Part shown: positions 1-11,209 of the stretch, piece by piece
How positions within the stretch are numbered: the stretch's first letter is position 1
Layout: every line of letters starts with the position of its first letter
Origin: Vicugna vicugna
Lineage: Eukaryota
DNA length: 64,000 nt
Assembly: GCA_013265495.1 (NCBI GenBank)
Contig: MU058844.1
Location: forward strand, 7,067,260-7,131,259
Direction of reading: 5' to 3'
The notes under the pieces: generated by a model
Told to the model about the DNA's origin: nothing
Databases searched by the model: none
What the model saw: the letters and a program-made list of their open reading frames with translations, nothing else
Made by a program: the position numbers and the translations under genes

Positions 1-849
1 TTTAATATGAGTATCATGTAGATTGAAGATGTACTGTATTGGAGATCTCATCCTGCTAAATAAATTTAAGACAACTAGAGATAATCTGGAGAATTATTTT
101 GAATTTGGAATGTTTAGAGTGCTGCTTTGCCGAGATCAGTTGGGCTGAACTCCCAGAATTTGTAGCATACAGGTATGCATGACTGTTTCCCATGGAAGAT
201 ATACTAGTCCCATGTGACTCTGTGGGATTGTCTTTGACTCTTCAGGCTGCCTCGAAAGGTGAAGGCTCTCTACCAGCAAAAACCTAGATGTGAACTCCTA
301 GAGCCTGACGAAGGAGCCAAAAATGAGAACCAGAATAAAATAAAAGCATTCCAGGGTTAAAAGAATTTCAGGATGGGGGGGCCTAGGGTAGGCCTTCTGA
401 GGATTACTTGAAAATATCCCATAACAAAATCATGTTGAAACACTTATTAGCTCCACAAAGAGCACAAGCCCAGCTTAAGACGCTGCTAACTTAAATATGA
501 GCATTCTTTTTCCTTTTTAGAAAATTTAGAGATGACACCAACCACATACATCCTTTTCGTATGGTGAATTTGTAGCCAAAAGCTGGTCCAAGTTACACAA
601 GGAGATAATATTTAAAGAAAGCTCAGAGTTCAAATAATATTTTAGACTGAACTTTTTCTATTACTAATTGAATGAAATAGTAAGAGTGCTTGTGGCCTGT
701 AAGAGTAAACTCAGCAAAAAAATGGAAAATAGGTATGGGTGATGATAAATGCAAGAATCAGATAGATGATTAACTAAATTTCTTAATTTTTTCTAGAAGA
801 TTGGCTAGAGTGATGGCTAGATTACCATCTTGCTAAACAATTCCCTTAT

Positions 850-1325
850 AGTGCTTCATCTGTTGGGTGGGCCTTGATTTGTCTAAGTCTATGACAGTGA
901 TCTTCCTACACCCTAGCCCCTATTACAGGGATAAGGGACAGACAGTGACCTGACCTTAAGCCAATCAGCACAGGACATTTCCCAACCAAACAAATATGCT
1001 GAGGTGACATTAATCAGTCCAATTCTCATGACATCTGTTAGACATTCGTGGGTAAAAAGTATTTTCTCTCTCCCTAGATTTGAGTGAGAAGGAATCTACC
1101 TTCAATTTTTGAGAGTCACCGTGAGATCATGAGAACAGCAAATACCTGGGGAAAACCAAATATACACAGAGCATTCATGAGAGAGAGTCACAAAGATTTA
1201 GAGACATGGACCCATCTGAACTGACTGAAAAGTCTAACCTATGACATCAATTAAACTCTTTTCTTATTTGGCCTGTTTGAGTTGGATTTTCTCTTATTTG
1301 TATCCAAAACATACTCATATAGATA
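850..1325 (+). mobile_element. Old ERVL/MaLR-class LTR remnant (LTR16/LTR33/MLT1-like)
   Basis: 3' end 'gcctgtttgagttggattttctcttatttgtatccaaaacatactc' resembles the typical '...gccagtttgagttgggttttctgttacttgcaaccaaaagcatcct' terminus; internal 'tgaccttaagccaatcag'. Boundaries approximate. Confidence 0.55.
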
Positions 1326-1830
1326 TGTTTACAGATTATAAAATAATGTTAAATGTGACTTCAGGCAATTACACATGATCATGATTTCATATTAAAAGAT
1401 ATGTATAAAGAGAATTTCACAGCTAGCTGCTCCTTTAAGAGGGCAAAATAGCAGTATGTTTGATAGTGTCGGCAATGGAATTGTGTTCCTGAATTTCTGA
1501 TTCATTTTTTTTTTGAGCTGTTTCTTCATGTATCCAGTTTGAAATGGAAATACCACTGGAAAAATCTGAGAAGTAATCCGTACCTTTCTCTGTAGTATGC
1601 CAGACTTAAAGAAAAAGAAAGTTTAGATGAGATTGACTTTCAACATGTGCACTTATCTTGAAAGGACTGTCAGTGGAGGGTTATAATACTGCCAGTTGTC
1701 CTCTAATGGCTTCAGAGAGAAAGGCAAACAGCCAAGACTAAGAATCATAAAGGAAAAACAGGGTAAAATTAAACTGTAAGACTTTATCCCCCTTTCTATT
1801 TTCCCCATATAAGATCAAGAGAACAGGTTC

Positions 1831-2349
1831 TGTATGAACTCCTATTGCTGCCGTTACCACAATTTATCAAAGATATAATGATTTAATACTCATTTATTGT
1901 CTACATTTATGTAGGTGAGAAGTCCAAAGAAGCTTGACTAGATTCTCTACATGGGGTCTCATCAGGATAAAATCAGTGTGCTAGATAGGGTTGCAGTTTT
2001 CATCCAGGTCTTGTAGTCCACCTCCAAATTCACTGATTGTTGGCAAAATTCATTTCCTTCTCCTAATTCCCATGAAGTCCTCCTTACCTTCAAATAAGCA
2101 ACAGGAGGTATGTCCTTCCTAGGCTTTTATTTTCTTATTTGCCTTCTGCTACTAGCCAGAGAAAGATCTCTACTTTTAAGGGTCCATGTAATTAGACTGA
2201 GTCTACCGGATAATTCATAATCTCCCTAATTTATGATCAACTGATTAGTAATTTTAATTATATCTCTAAAGTCTCTTTTGCCATGTAACATAACATTCAA
2301 GGAATTCATGGAAGTAACACCAGTGGGTGAAGGTCATGGGACTACTACA
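1831..2349 (-). mobile_element. MaLR LTR (MLT1D/E-like)
   Basis: Begins 'tgtatgaactcctattgctgccgttaccac...catttattgtctaca...gagaagtcc', the reverse complement of an MLT1 3' end; ends '...ggtcatgggactactaca'. Confidence 0.75.
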
Positions 2350-4272
2350 GGTTTTGGTTTTTTTTTATTTTTTGAGAGGAAACATGAGCATAATAGAATA
2401 AAAATCACTGATTATATTCTAATCTTTGTTTAATTACATGGCAGTTCACTTATATGAGACAAATAAGCACTCTGAGTTTCATTTCCTTCACATTTTTGAA
2501 AAACAAATAATAAAAAATTGCTTTTATTAATTAATGCTTTACAAAATCAGATTTATATAAAAGCTTGATATTATTTCACATTCTTCCTAATGCATATTGC
2601 AGAATTTTATAAACATCATTTGCCAAATAAATCATTGAATTGCTACATCTGAAGGCCATAAAAAGGCCAACAACATAATAGATGACATTTGCTTGGAACT
2701 TTATATCAGTTTTATACTTAAAAATTCATATGAGATCTGTTTTTTTTCTAGTAACTGCCTTTTGCAAATTACAATATTTCGTGAGGCATTAAATATTTTT
2801 CATTTTTTTTAACAGTTCATCTTTGCAGAACACTCTGATGAACAAGAGCTCTTTACAAAGATGACTGAGTAAACAATAGTCCAGTTGGAAGACAAAATGT
2901 TAACAGACTTAATCATCCATTCACACGTTACTCACTTTACTTAGGTCAACTTATTGTAGTACAAGAGGTGTGATCAGAAAAACAGTGAAGGAGCTGAGAC
3001 AAAAGTCAAATTCTTTCTAAAATTAAAAAAAATGTATTTAACTATAGTTTTAATTATAATACAGAGACGCTTATGACCACATAAACTGTGTTTTTAAAGA
3101 AAAATATTATACTGAACCCAACAACAGATCATGCTTTCTTTTTTCTCATGTTCAATTCTAGCCTTCCTGTAAGTCCATGCACATCTTTCACAGCTGTAAT
3201 CACAATATGCATAAAATAATATATTTACTTCTCCTACCAAATGTTACATGGTAAACACTTTTCCATTTTTCTACATGACTCGACTGATAGTTGGCTAAGT
3301 CTATCAATTTCATGAAGTACAAAATTCCTTAGCTATTCTATTTTTGGACACTTTAGATGATAGTATGTTTTTAATATAAATAAGGCTGAATATTTTGACA
3401 CAGTTATTTCTTTTTTAAAACAATATTAATTTCTAGAAATTAGATTATTTAGAAATGTTTTGAACATTAAAAAGAAATTAGACAAATACTTTGAGAAAAA
3501 TCCCTGGAATAATTTTTTCAGAGGGCTTATTGGATACATCTTTTGTGAATATATGTGGATTGTTTTGGCTGAAAATATAAGGCCACCCACAGCACAGATT
3601 TGTTTTCAGACTCCATCTGTTTGGTATATATTGTGTAGATTAGAAAAAACTTCTGACCCCAGTGAGACAGAATGTTTAGTAATATTTCTATCATATTCTT
3701 TAATTTCTTTGTGAGTCACTCTCTCCAGATGCCTAACAAGATTGTGAGCTTTGCAAAAACCTTTCAGAAATGGAATCTACTTCTTAAAAAAGAGTAAGGA
3801 TTAATGAACACATTGCATTCATCACAGAAATGCTACTTAAATACCAAATAATGGTTGGTATGTAGCAAGTGTGGAGTACAAGGCATGTGGACGGGACTTA
3901 TGGTCTAAATCTTTGTGATGAAAGCAAACATCCCTGAATGTGAGGGGGTGGGGCGTTGTCTGCTTGTGTATGTGAGAAAGACTATCTAAAATACTGTTGT
4001 TCAAAATTTTTATCTGCATAGAAATTTTTGTATTATTGGTATAAGTTTGGACTAACTGATTTAATGATGTGCTCTTTATCTTCAGTTCCATTTTATGAGT
4101 TGATTTAATTCTTCATTTAAGTTTTATTCCTAATTTAACAGCAAACAGTAATGAATTTGAAAGGTAGAATGTGACATTTCATTCAACTCAGAAATGACCT
4201 AAACCTATATTTTCATTAGTGTACTGAAAGTGTGTCTTTTTTTAATTAAGTTTTCCTTTCCTTTACTAATAG

Positions 4273-4735
4273 TGTGAAGGAAAAACCGGGCTGGTCTGAC
4301 AAGATAACTCATAAGTCTAGGAATGTGAAGGAGAGGCTGGGCTGGTCTAACAAGATAACTCACAAATCTAAGTATTGGAATATTGATCTGAGTTCTGCTA
4401 GACTAACTTGTACATCTAAGTTAATTAGTGTTGGTTTGCTGTTTATGTTTTTTGCTCGCCAGCTGGATTTTCAAAGATACATATCTGGCTTTGGAATGTT
4501 GGTTTGCTGCCTCCCCGCCTCCACTTTTGTGATGATGATGCTGCTAAAGCTGTTCCATGCCTACTGGCCGAATACCCCAAGCTTGTACTTTACCCGATAA
4601 AACCTCATGTGCACATCTTGAAGGTGCTCAGAGCTTCGGAGCAGAAGCCCCTCTGAGCCCGCCGGCGTAATACGTCTGAGTACTCCAACCCTCGAGTGGT
4701 GCTTGTTTCTTGACTGGCCTGTCGTTTCCGTAACA
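4273..4735 (+). mobile_element. ERV1-type solo LTR (~463 bp), relatively young
   Basis: TG...CA termini (tgtgaagg...ttccgtaaca), 4-bp flanks ATAG/GTAG (1 mismatch), many retained CpGs in an AT-rich background, 51-bp tandem duplication at the 5' end. Confidence 0.8.
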
Positions 4736-4803
4736 GTAGCACTGATTTTCTCTATTATTTCCTTAGCAGTTAATCATGTATCATTTTGCACTATATATTG
4801 TAT

Positions 4804-5328
4804 TGAGAAAGGAAGGGGCCAGGGCACAGCCATTCAAGGAATGATAGAGCAATTAACATCAAAATCGTGGAAGATTCAACCCCCAGTAGGCCCTGAGGCT
4901 CAAGATGGTGGGAGATTTCACTTCTAGCAGATCTTGAGCTTCATTATACGCCCATTGTAATTTATTAACATGGTAAATAACATGCCCACAGGCACCATGA
5001 CAGTCCCAACACTAGCCACAAAAGGTAAATGAGTGGGAAATGGCCAACTTCCTGGGAATCCCAGCCCCTTCTCCAGACTAGTTAGACTGGTCCTTGCACT
5101 TATTAGCATATGAAGCCACCAAGCCCAAGTGCCTCTCCCTCCCTACCCACAACCCCCCCACCAGATGTATCTCTCTAAATAAATCTACCTTTACTCAACT
5201 GTGGCTCGCTCTTGAATTCTTTCCTGCATGAAGTCAAGGACCCACACTTGGTGGGGCATGTCCCAGGAGCTCAACCAAAGCCTGGGACTTGGCCCTCCTC
5301 ACGCCCCACATCCATTTTTCCTGCATCA
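4804..5328 (+). mobile_element. ERV1 solo LTR, MER41-like (~525 bp)
   Basis: TG...CA termini with perfect 4-bp TSD GTAT (4800-4803 / 5329-5332). MER41-like blocks 'caagatgg', 'cccacaggcaccatgacagt', 'ttagcatat', AATAAA, and 'ctcgctcttgaattctttcctgcatgaagtcaaggaccc'. Confidence 0.85.
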
Positions 5329-6243
5329 GTATTGTTATTTTTAGTATTATTAGTATTGTTAACTCAATTTATTTTTGAATGTTCTTAATGGAAAAGAAGA
5401 ACATATGAAAATAAGCCCAACTTTGCTAGCAGTTAAGAATTTGCCCAATATTTTGGAGGCTCCAGAAGGTAATTTTAATAGATGTTCAGTAAGCTTTCTT
5501 CTAGTTTTAAATCCCTGACATTTATGAATCCTTTTGATTTATTTTTCAACATGATTATAAATTTCTTGGTGGAAGGGACTGTGAATTAAAAGCCACTGTA
5601 AACCACACAGTGCCCAACAGAATGTCTTATACACTATAAGTGCCCAATAAATGACGGTTGATATTGTCAGGGAATTATCTAAATGATGAGAGCAGAACTT
5701 TTATGTAGGGTTTATCAACTTTGTCACTCTTCATTCTGCTTTGGTTTCAAACCACTTTGTCTTCTATTGACAAATGTTTTTTAGACCAACAATTTCCTGA
5801 TTGCTTGTCAATAATTTGGTCAGGCTTACAGAAGAAAGTCAATAAGCTTTTTCTGACTCTACCTTTATTTTAAATATCCAATTTTCATGTAAACATACAA
5901 ATACGTATATTAAGTTTTTAGTCAAATAGTTCCACCGGAAAACATTTGCTTCAGGTGGAATAGAAATTCACTTTACTCCTAAAATAATTTGGTATCAGAG
6001 TTATTACACATTGGTACTTTCTATTATACACTGATATTTTCTTTCTGTTACATATTGGCATTTTTACTGGTCTATAGACATCTTCTGGCATTTATTTTAC
6101 CTTCTACTTTTACACAAGATTGGGAAATAGGCATGTTTTTATAAAGCTCAGTGCTTGATTATTTTTCTTAAAACTGTTTCTTAACGTGGATTGTTCTTCA
6201 GGTTTAATCTTATGGAAATATGACTACAGAAGTCTTAAGTGTC

Positions 6244-6283
6244 TATATATATGTATAGAGAGAGAGAGAGAGAGAGAGAGAGA
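6244..6283. repeat. (TA)n(GA)n microsatellite
   Basis: Direct reading: tatatatatgtata followed by a pure GA run. Confidence 0.95.
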
Positions 6284-6349
6284 AATTTTTGAACTGATTT
6301 TAAGTCCTATATTAATAGCTGAATATTATTATGTTACTGTTTTGCTGAC

Positions 6350-6960
6350 AATGCACCATCCTATTTCTCCTCTCACTTAAACACTTTATCTCTTCATCAG
6401 CTCCTCCTCTTCATCTTGATGCCAATCCTGGGCATCTTGTAAGACCAAAGGCATGGTCTGTTGATCTTTTCCTGTTCTACTTTCAGTGAGAAACAATCTC
6501 ATATGCTTTCAGATTGTGCATTTATAGAAATAATTTTTGAATATGGTTCTACTGCTGATTAATCTTAAGTCTCATTTTCATTTCTGAAATAGAAAACTCT
6601 AATGCAGGATCTCTCTCACCTCAGATTTATAATATCAAAAGCAAAGTCATCATTTTTCCCTCACAAATGGGATTCTTCTTATATCATTTATTTTTATATT
6701 TTTTCTTATATAATTTTGCTAAATGCTGTAGATGTTATACCAATATTCCAGGTCAAACACTGAAATTCATAGTTAATGCCTCCTTCTCTTTCAACAAAGG
6801 AACTGCTAGTTATCATTTACAACATGTATCAAGTACACTACTTCTTTTCCAGTCTCACTTTTATTACTCTTATGTAGATCCTAATGAAACTAGGCTTGAA
6901 TTGCTGGAAAAAATTACAACTAATCTTTTTAGACTCTACACTCTCCTTTCATTTAAATGT
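6350..6960 (+). mobile_element. L2 LINE remnant
   Basis: Degenerate match to the L2 3' region ('cacctcagatttataatatcaaaagcaaagtcatcattttt...caggtcaaacactgaaattcatagttaatgcctccttctctttc'). Confidence 0.6.
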
Positions 6961-7736
6961 ATTCAGTTACTTGATGCCTGGTAAATAACTAGGAAGTTTT
7001 GTTTTTGTTTTAATTTTTGTTTTAATTAATAGTAGCTCTTAAAATGTGAGATGGCTGTGAAAAAAGTTCAAGGCTATTACATGTATAAGAAATTCCAAAT
7101 ATTTAAAAATGATTAGAGAGGAGTGTAAGATGGTGATTCAGGAAGACCCTGAGGTCCCCTCTTCCCACGGACACACTGAATCTACACCTCAATATAGAGC
7201 GGTTCCTCCTGAAGAAGACTCGGGTACTGATTGAACAGCTGTTGTATGTATAAGAACACATAGAAACAGTTAGAAAAGATGAAGCCATGGTATCCACAAG
7301 AACCTCACCCCCATGCCGTGAACTGCAGTAGAGAATGATGTAGCTGAGGGGTTAGACTGCAAACTGCCTGCCTTAGGGTACAGCACAAAACCAGCAGTTT
7401 AAAGGAAACCTAGACTATCCAAGAAGGAAGTCTACTTACAAACCCTAGAGCTTTTGCCAAATGGGAAGGGAAGTTTTGGAGTCCTCTCTGGGGTTGGACT
7501 CTCTCTGGACTGTGCTTACTCCAGCCCCAACTGCCCTGCAAAGGACGCCTCAAGAGCAGAGCTCCCCAGGGACAGCCCCTGGCCCATGCCTGTTCCAGCC
7601 CCAGCCAGCCTGTCAAATCTGCCAGGTGCAAGCAGTCTACATAGGGAATGCTCCCACACAAAGCCACTCCTTCAGGACCAGGAAAGGTAGCTGTTTTCAC
7701 CTAATACATAGAAACAAAACCTGAAAATCAAACAAA

Positions 7737-8572
7737 ATGAGGAGACAGAGGAATATTTTCCAAACAGAATGATAAAAATAACCCGAGTGGGAGGAGGGGA
7801 CTAATGAAACAGAAATAAGTAATGTATCTGATGGAGAGTTCAAATAAATGCTCATAAGGATCCTTACTGAACTCCACAGAAGAATGGAGGAACTCAATGA
7901 GAACTTCAACAAAGGCTTAGAAAATATAACTGAACTAAAGAATAAAATACATTAAAGGGTGTCAATAGCAAATTTGATATATGAAAGAATGGATCAGTGA
8001 TAGATACAATAGTAAAAATCATTCAATCAGAATAGCAAGAAAAAAGGAATTTTAAAAAGGTGAGTTTAATGGACTTCTGGGACATCATCAGGTACATATG
8101 CATTATAGGGGTCCCAGAAGATGAAGAGAGAGAAAGAGGAACAGAAAACTTATTTGAACAAATATTGGCTGAAAATTTCCCTAATCTGGGAAAGGAAACA
8201 AACATTCAGGTACAGAAAGCACAGAAAGTCCCAAACAAGATAAACCAAATAAGAACCACACTAAGATTCATTACAATAAAAATGGCAAAAGTTAAAGAGA
8301 ATTTTAAAGGAAGCAAGAGAAAACAACCAACCACCTGCAGGGGAAACCCCATAAGACTCTCAGCTGATTTTTCAGCAGAAAGTTTATAGACCAGAAGGGA
8401 GTGGCAGGATATAGTTAAAGTTTTGAAAGGAAAAATAAGAAACTTATAATCTAGAATATTCTATCCTCAAAATTATTCAGAATGAAGAAGAGATAGTTCC
8501 ACCAAGCAAAAACTAAAGGAGTTCATCACCACTAAATAGGCCTTACAATAAATGATGAAGGGTCTTCTTCAA
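7737..8572 (+). pseudogene. Decayed L1 ORF1 (RNA-binding protein), with stops and frameshifts
   Basis: Starts MRRQRNIFQ; ORF 8060-8389 contains IIGVPEDEERERGTENLFEQILAENFPNLGKE...GNPIRLSADFSAE, hallmark L1 ORF1p motifs; ends near KGLL. Confidence 0.9.
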
Positions 8573-8754
8573 GCAGAAAAATGTCCACAACTAGAAATAA
8601 GGAAGTACTACTACTAAAGTAAAGGCAGTGGATCAGCCACTTAAAAAACCTAGTATGACAGTTAAAAGAAAAAAGTAGTACAAACAGTTACAACTACAAT
8701 AAGTAGTTAAGAGATGCATAACGTAAAAAAGATGTAAAGTATACGTCACAAAAA

Positions 8755-9420
8755 TCAGATAAGGAGCTAATATCCAAAACATATAAAGAACTCATACAAC
8801 TCAGTATATATATATATATTTTTTAAAATCGCAACCCTTTTTAGAAAAGGGATAGAGGGCCTGAATGGACTCTTTTCCAAAGAAGATATACAGACGGCCA
8901 ACAGGCACATGGAAAGGTTTTTAACAAGTGTAATCAGAGAAATGAAAATCAAAACCACATTGACAACCACCTGACACCTGTCAGAATGACTGTTATTAAA
9001 AAGACAAGACACAACAAGTTTAGGGTAGGATATGGAGAAAAAGGAATACTTGCACTGTTGGTGGGAATGTAAATTTGGGCAACCACTATGGAAAACAGTA
9101 TGGAGGTTCCTCAGAAAACTAAAAATAGAACTACCATATTGTCAAGCAACTCCACTTCTGGATATTTATCCAGAGATAACAAAAACAGTAATTTGCAAAG
9201 ATATGTTTACACCTATTTTTGTTGCAGCACTATTTACAATAGCAAAGATACAGAAGTAACCTGAGTGTCTACTGATAGATGAATGGTTAAAGAAAATGTA
9301 GGTATACACACAGACACACAGATACACAGTGGAATATTATTCAGCCATAATAAAGAATAAAATCTTACTGTTTGTGGCAGCATGGATGGCTCTGGAGGAT
9401 ATTATGCTAAGTAAAATAAG
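8755..9420 (+). pseudogene. Decayed L1 ORF2 C-terminal (Cys-rich) fragment
   Basis: ORF 9032-9259 [29 protein letters not shown]...FVAALFTIAK is the canonical ORF2p C-terminal segment; no EN or RT domain upstream. Confidence 0.9.
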
Positions 9421-9709
9421 TTAGGCGGAGATAAACAAATATATTATTTCACTTATATGGAGTCTAAAAAAGAAAACAAAGAAAATAAAACAAAACTGAA
9501 ACAGACTGAGATACAGAAATAAAACTGGTGTTTGCCAGAGGGGAGGTGGGTGAAGTTTGGACAAAAGGTGAAGGGGATTAAGAGGTATAAATTTCCAGCT
9601 GTAAAATAAATGTCATAGGGATGCAATATGCACATAGGGAATAGGGTCAATAATATTGTAGCAACTTTGTATGGTGACAGATGGTAACTGATTTTATTGT
9701 GCTCATTTT

Positions 9710-10186
9710 TTCTTTTAATTTTTAATTTTTCATCCTTATTTATTGAATCATAGTTGATTTGCAATGCTGTGTTAGTTTCAGGTATACAGAGGAATAATTC
9801 AGTATTTTTGCAGATCATAATCCATTATAGGTTATTATAAAATAATGGATATGACTATACAGTAAATCCTTGTTGCTCATGTATTTTTATGCATAGTAGT
9901 GTGGTTGTTATTCCATACCTCTAATTTGTTGCTCCTCCTCTCTTTCCTTCCTTTGTTAACCACAAGTTTGTTTTCTATGTCTGTGAATCTGCTTCTATTT
10001 TGTATATTTTCATTTGTATTATTTTTCAGATTCCACATATAAGTGATATAATACAGTACTTGTCTTTGTCTGACTTATTTTACTGAGCATAATTTTCTCT
10101 AGGTCCATCCATGTTGCTGCAAATGGCAATATTTCATTATTTTTATAGCTGAGTAATATTCCATTATTTGTTTATATATATGTATC

Positions 10187-10232
<46 letters not shown>
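9710..10232 (-). mobile_element. 5'-truncated L1 3'UTR inserted antisense in the host L1 3'UTR
   Basis: T-rich tail at ~9706-9745, then the reverse complement of an L1 3'UTR ('agattccacatataagtgat...tccatccatgttgctgcaaatggca'); candidate TSD gtgctcatttt (9699-9709) / gtgatcatttt (10233-10243); ends in a (TG)n(TA)n microsatellite. Confidence 0.85.
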
Positions 10233-10237
<5 letters not shown>

Positions 10238-10417
10238 CATTTTATACTTTATAAAAACACCAAATCACTATTTTGTATACCTGAGACTAATATAATTATG
10301 TATATTAAGTATAACTCAATTAAAATGTTAAAAATTAAAAGGATTACAACTAAGCTTAATTTCCTCACTCAGATCACTCTTTTCTTAATTGCATGTTTCT
10401 AACTCTTTCACAATATA

Positions 10418-10630
10418 CAATTTACCCTTGAACAAAATGGGTTTGAAATGTACAGGTCCACTTATAAGCAGATCTCTTTCAATAAATATGTACTGCATTA
10501 CTGTACAATCTGCAGTTGGTTGAATCTGTGGATGCAGAATTGTGCAGAAGGCTGACTGCAAAGTTATATGTGAATATGATTACTCTTGAGGTTGGCGACC
10601 ATGACGTCCGTGTTGTTCAAAGGTCAACTC
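10418..10630 (+). mobile_element. MER8 (TcMar-Tigger non-autonomous DNA transposon)
   Basis: Preceded by TA; TIR-like ends 'caatttacccttgaacaa' / 'ttgttcaaaggtcaact'; internal 'ggtccacttata...gttggttgaatctgtggatgcagaa'. Confidence 0.85.
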
Positions 10631-11209
10631 TGTTCTTTGTTTTTTTACATGTACATGCACATGCACAAACATAGACACAGAAACACTATTGAGTAAATAT
10701 ATCTACTTTTGACGTGTTTTGTTGATAGTTAAATTTCACAAAGCACAGTTTTTCATAAATTTGGTATGCCTGTTTAGATTGTATGAACATGCAGTTAGAA
10801 CTCTCGCCTACTATAGGTTATCAGAATATCTGAATTTATATTAAGTTTTATTAGTATGATTTGTAATCTAGATTTTATTTCTTGAAAGGACAATCTAGAA
10901 CTTCCTCTACACATGGGAAGATTTTACTTCTTTGGAAAGAATAATGTGTTATATAATATATTGAAACAAATGTTTTCCAGTTTATTTTTCAATATAAAAT
11001 AGAAATCTGAATATGATGTGATAAAAATATCATAGTGAGTAGTGAATATAAAGGATAAATTTGATCACTTTTGATGCAAGAATATAGGACGTACTCAACA
11101 TATATCTACATTATCTTATTATTGATAAAAGTATTTTAGAGACTTCCTAATGGTGAAATAATTCATTCTATTAAATAAAATCCTTTTTTTATAAAGATCC
11201 CTTCGAAAA

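Larger units (their letters stand above)
7116..10334 (+). mobile_element. L1 with 5'UTR + ORF1 + ORF2 C-terminus + 3'UTR, most of ORF2 deleted; interrupted by a nested antisense L1
   Basis: L1 5' start 'gagaggagtgtaagatgg...gaagaccctgag...cccacggacacac', ORF1 remnants, abrupt jump at ~8752 to late ORF2, L1MA9-like 3' end 'tatacctgagactaatataattatgtatattaagtataactcaattaaaa'. Candidate TSD ttaaaaatgatta (7103-7115) / ttaaaaggatta (10335-10346). Confidence 0.9.

Noticed and set aside
2829..2868. Plus-strand 40-nt exon candidate (tttgcag|...EHSDEQELFTKMT...|gtaaac)
   Set aside because: Weak donor, peptide not recognised, no linked exons.
4274..4600. 108-aa ORF with a repeated N-terminal peptide; repeat superficially array-like
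   Set aside because: Lies within a solo LTR; the peptide repeat reflects the 51-bp U3 duplication. Two adjacent units with no spacers, so not CRISPR-like.
5930..5960. 11-bp imperfect inverted repeat ttccaccggaa/ttcaggtggaa
   Set aside because: Too short to exceed chance in 64 kb, and no miRNA-length stem.
8060..9259. ORFs 8060-8389 and 9032-9259 as host genes
   Set aside because: They are fragments of L1 ORF1p and the ORF2p C-terminus bounded by stops and frameshifts.
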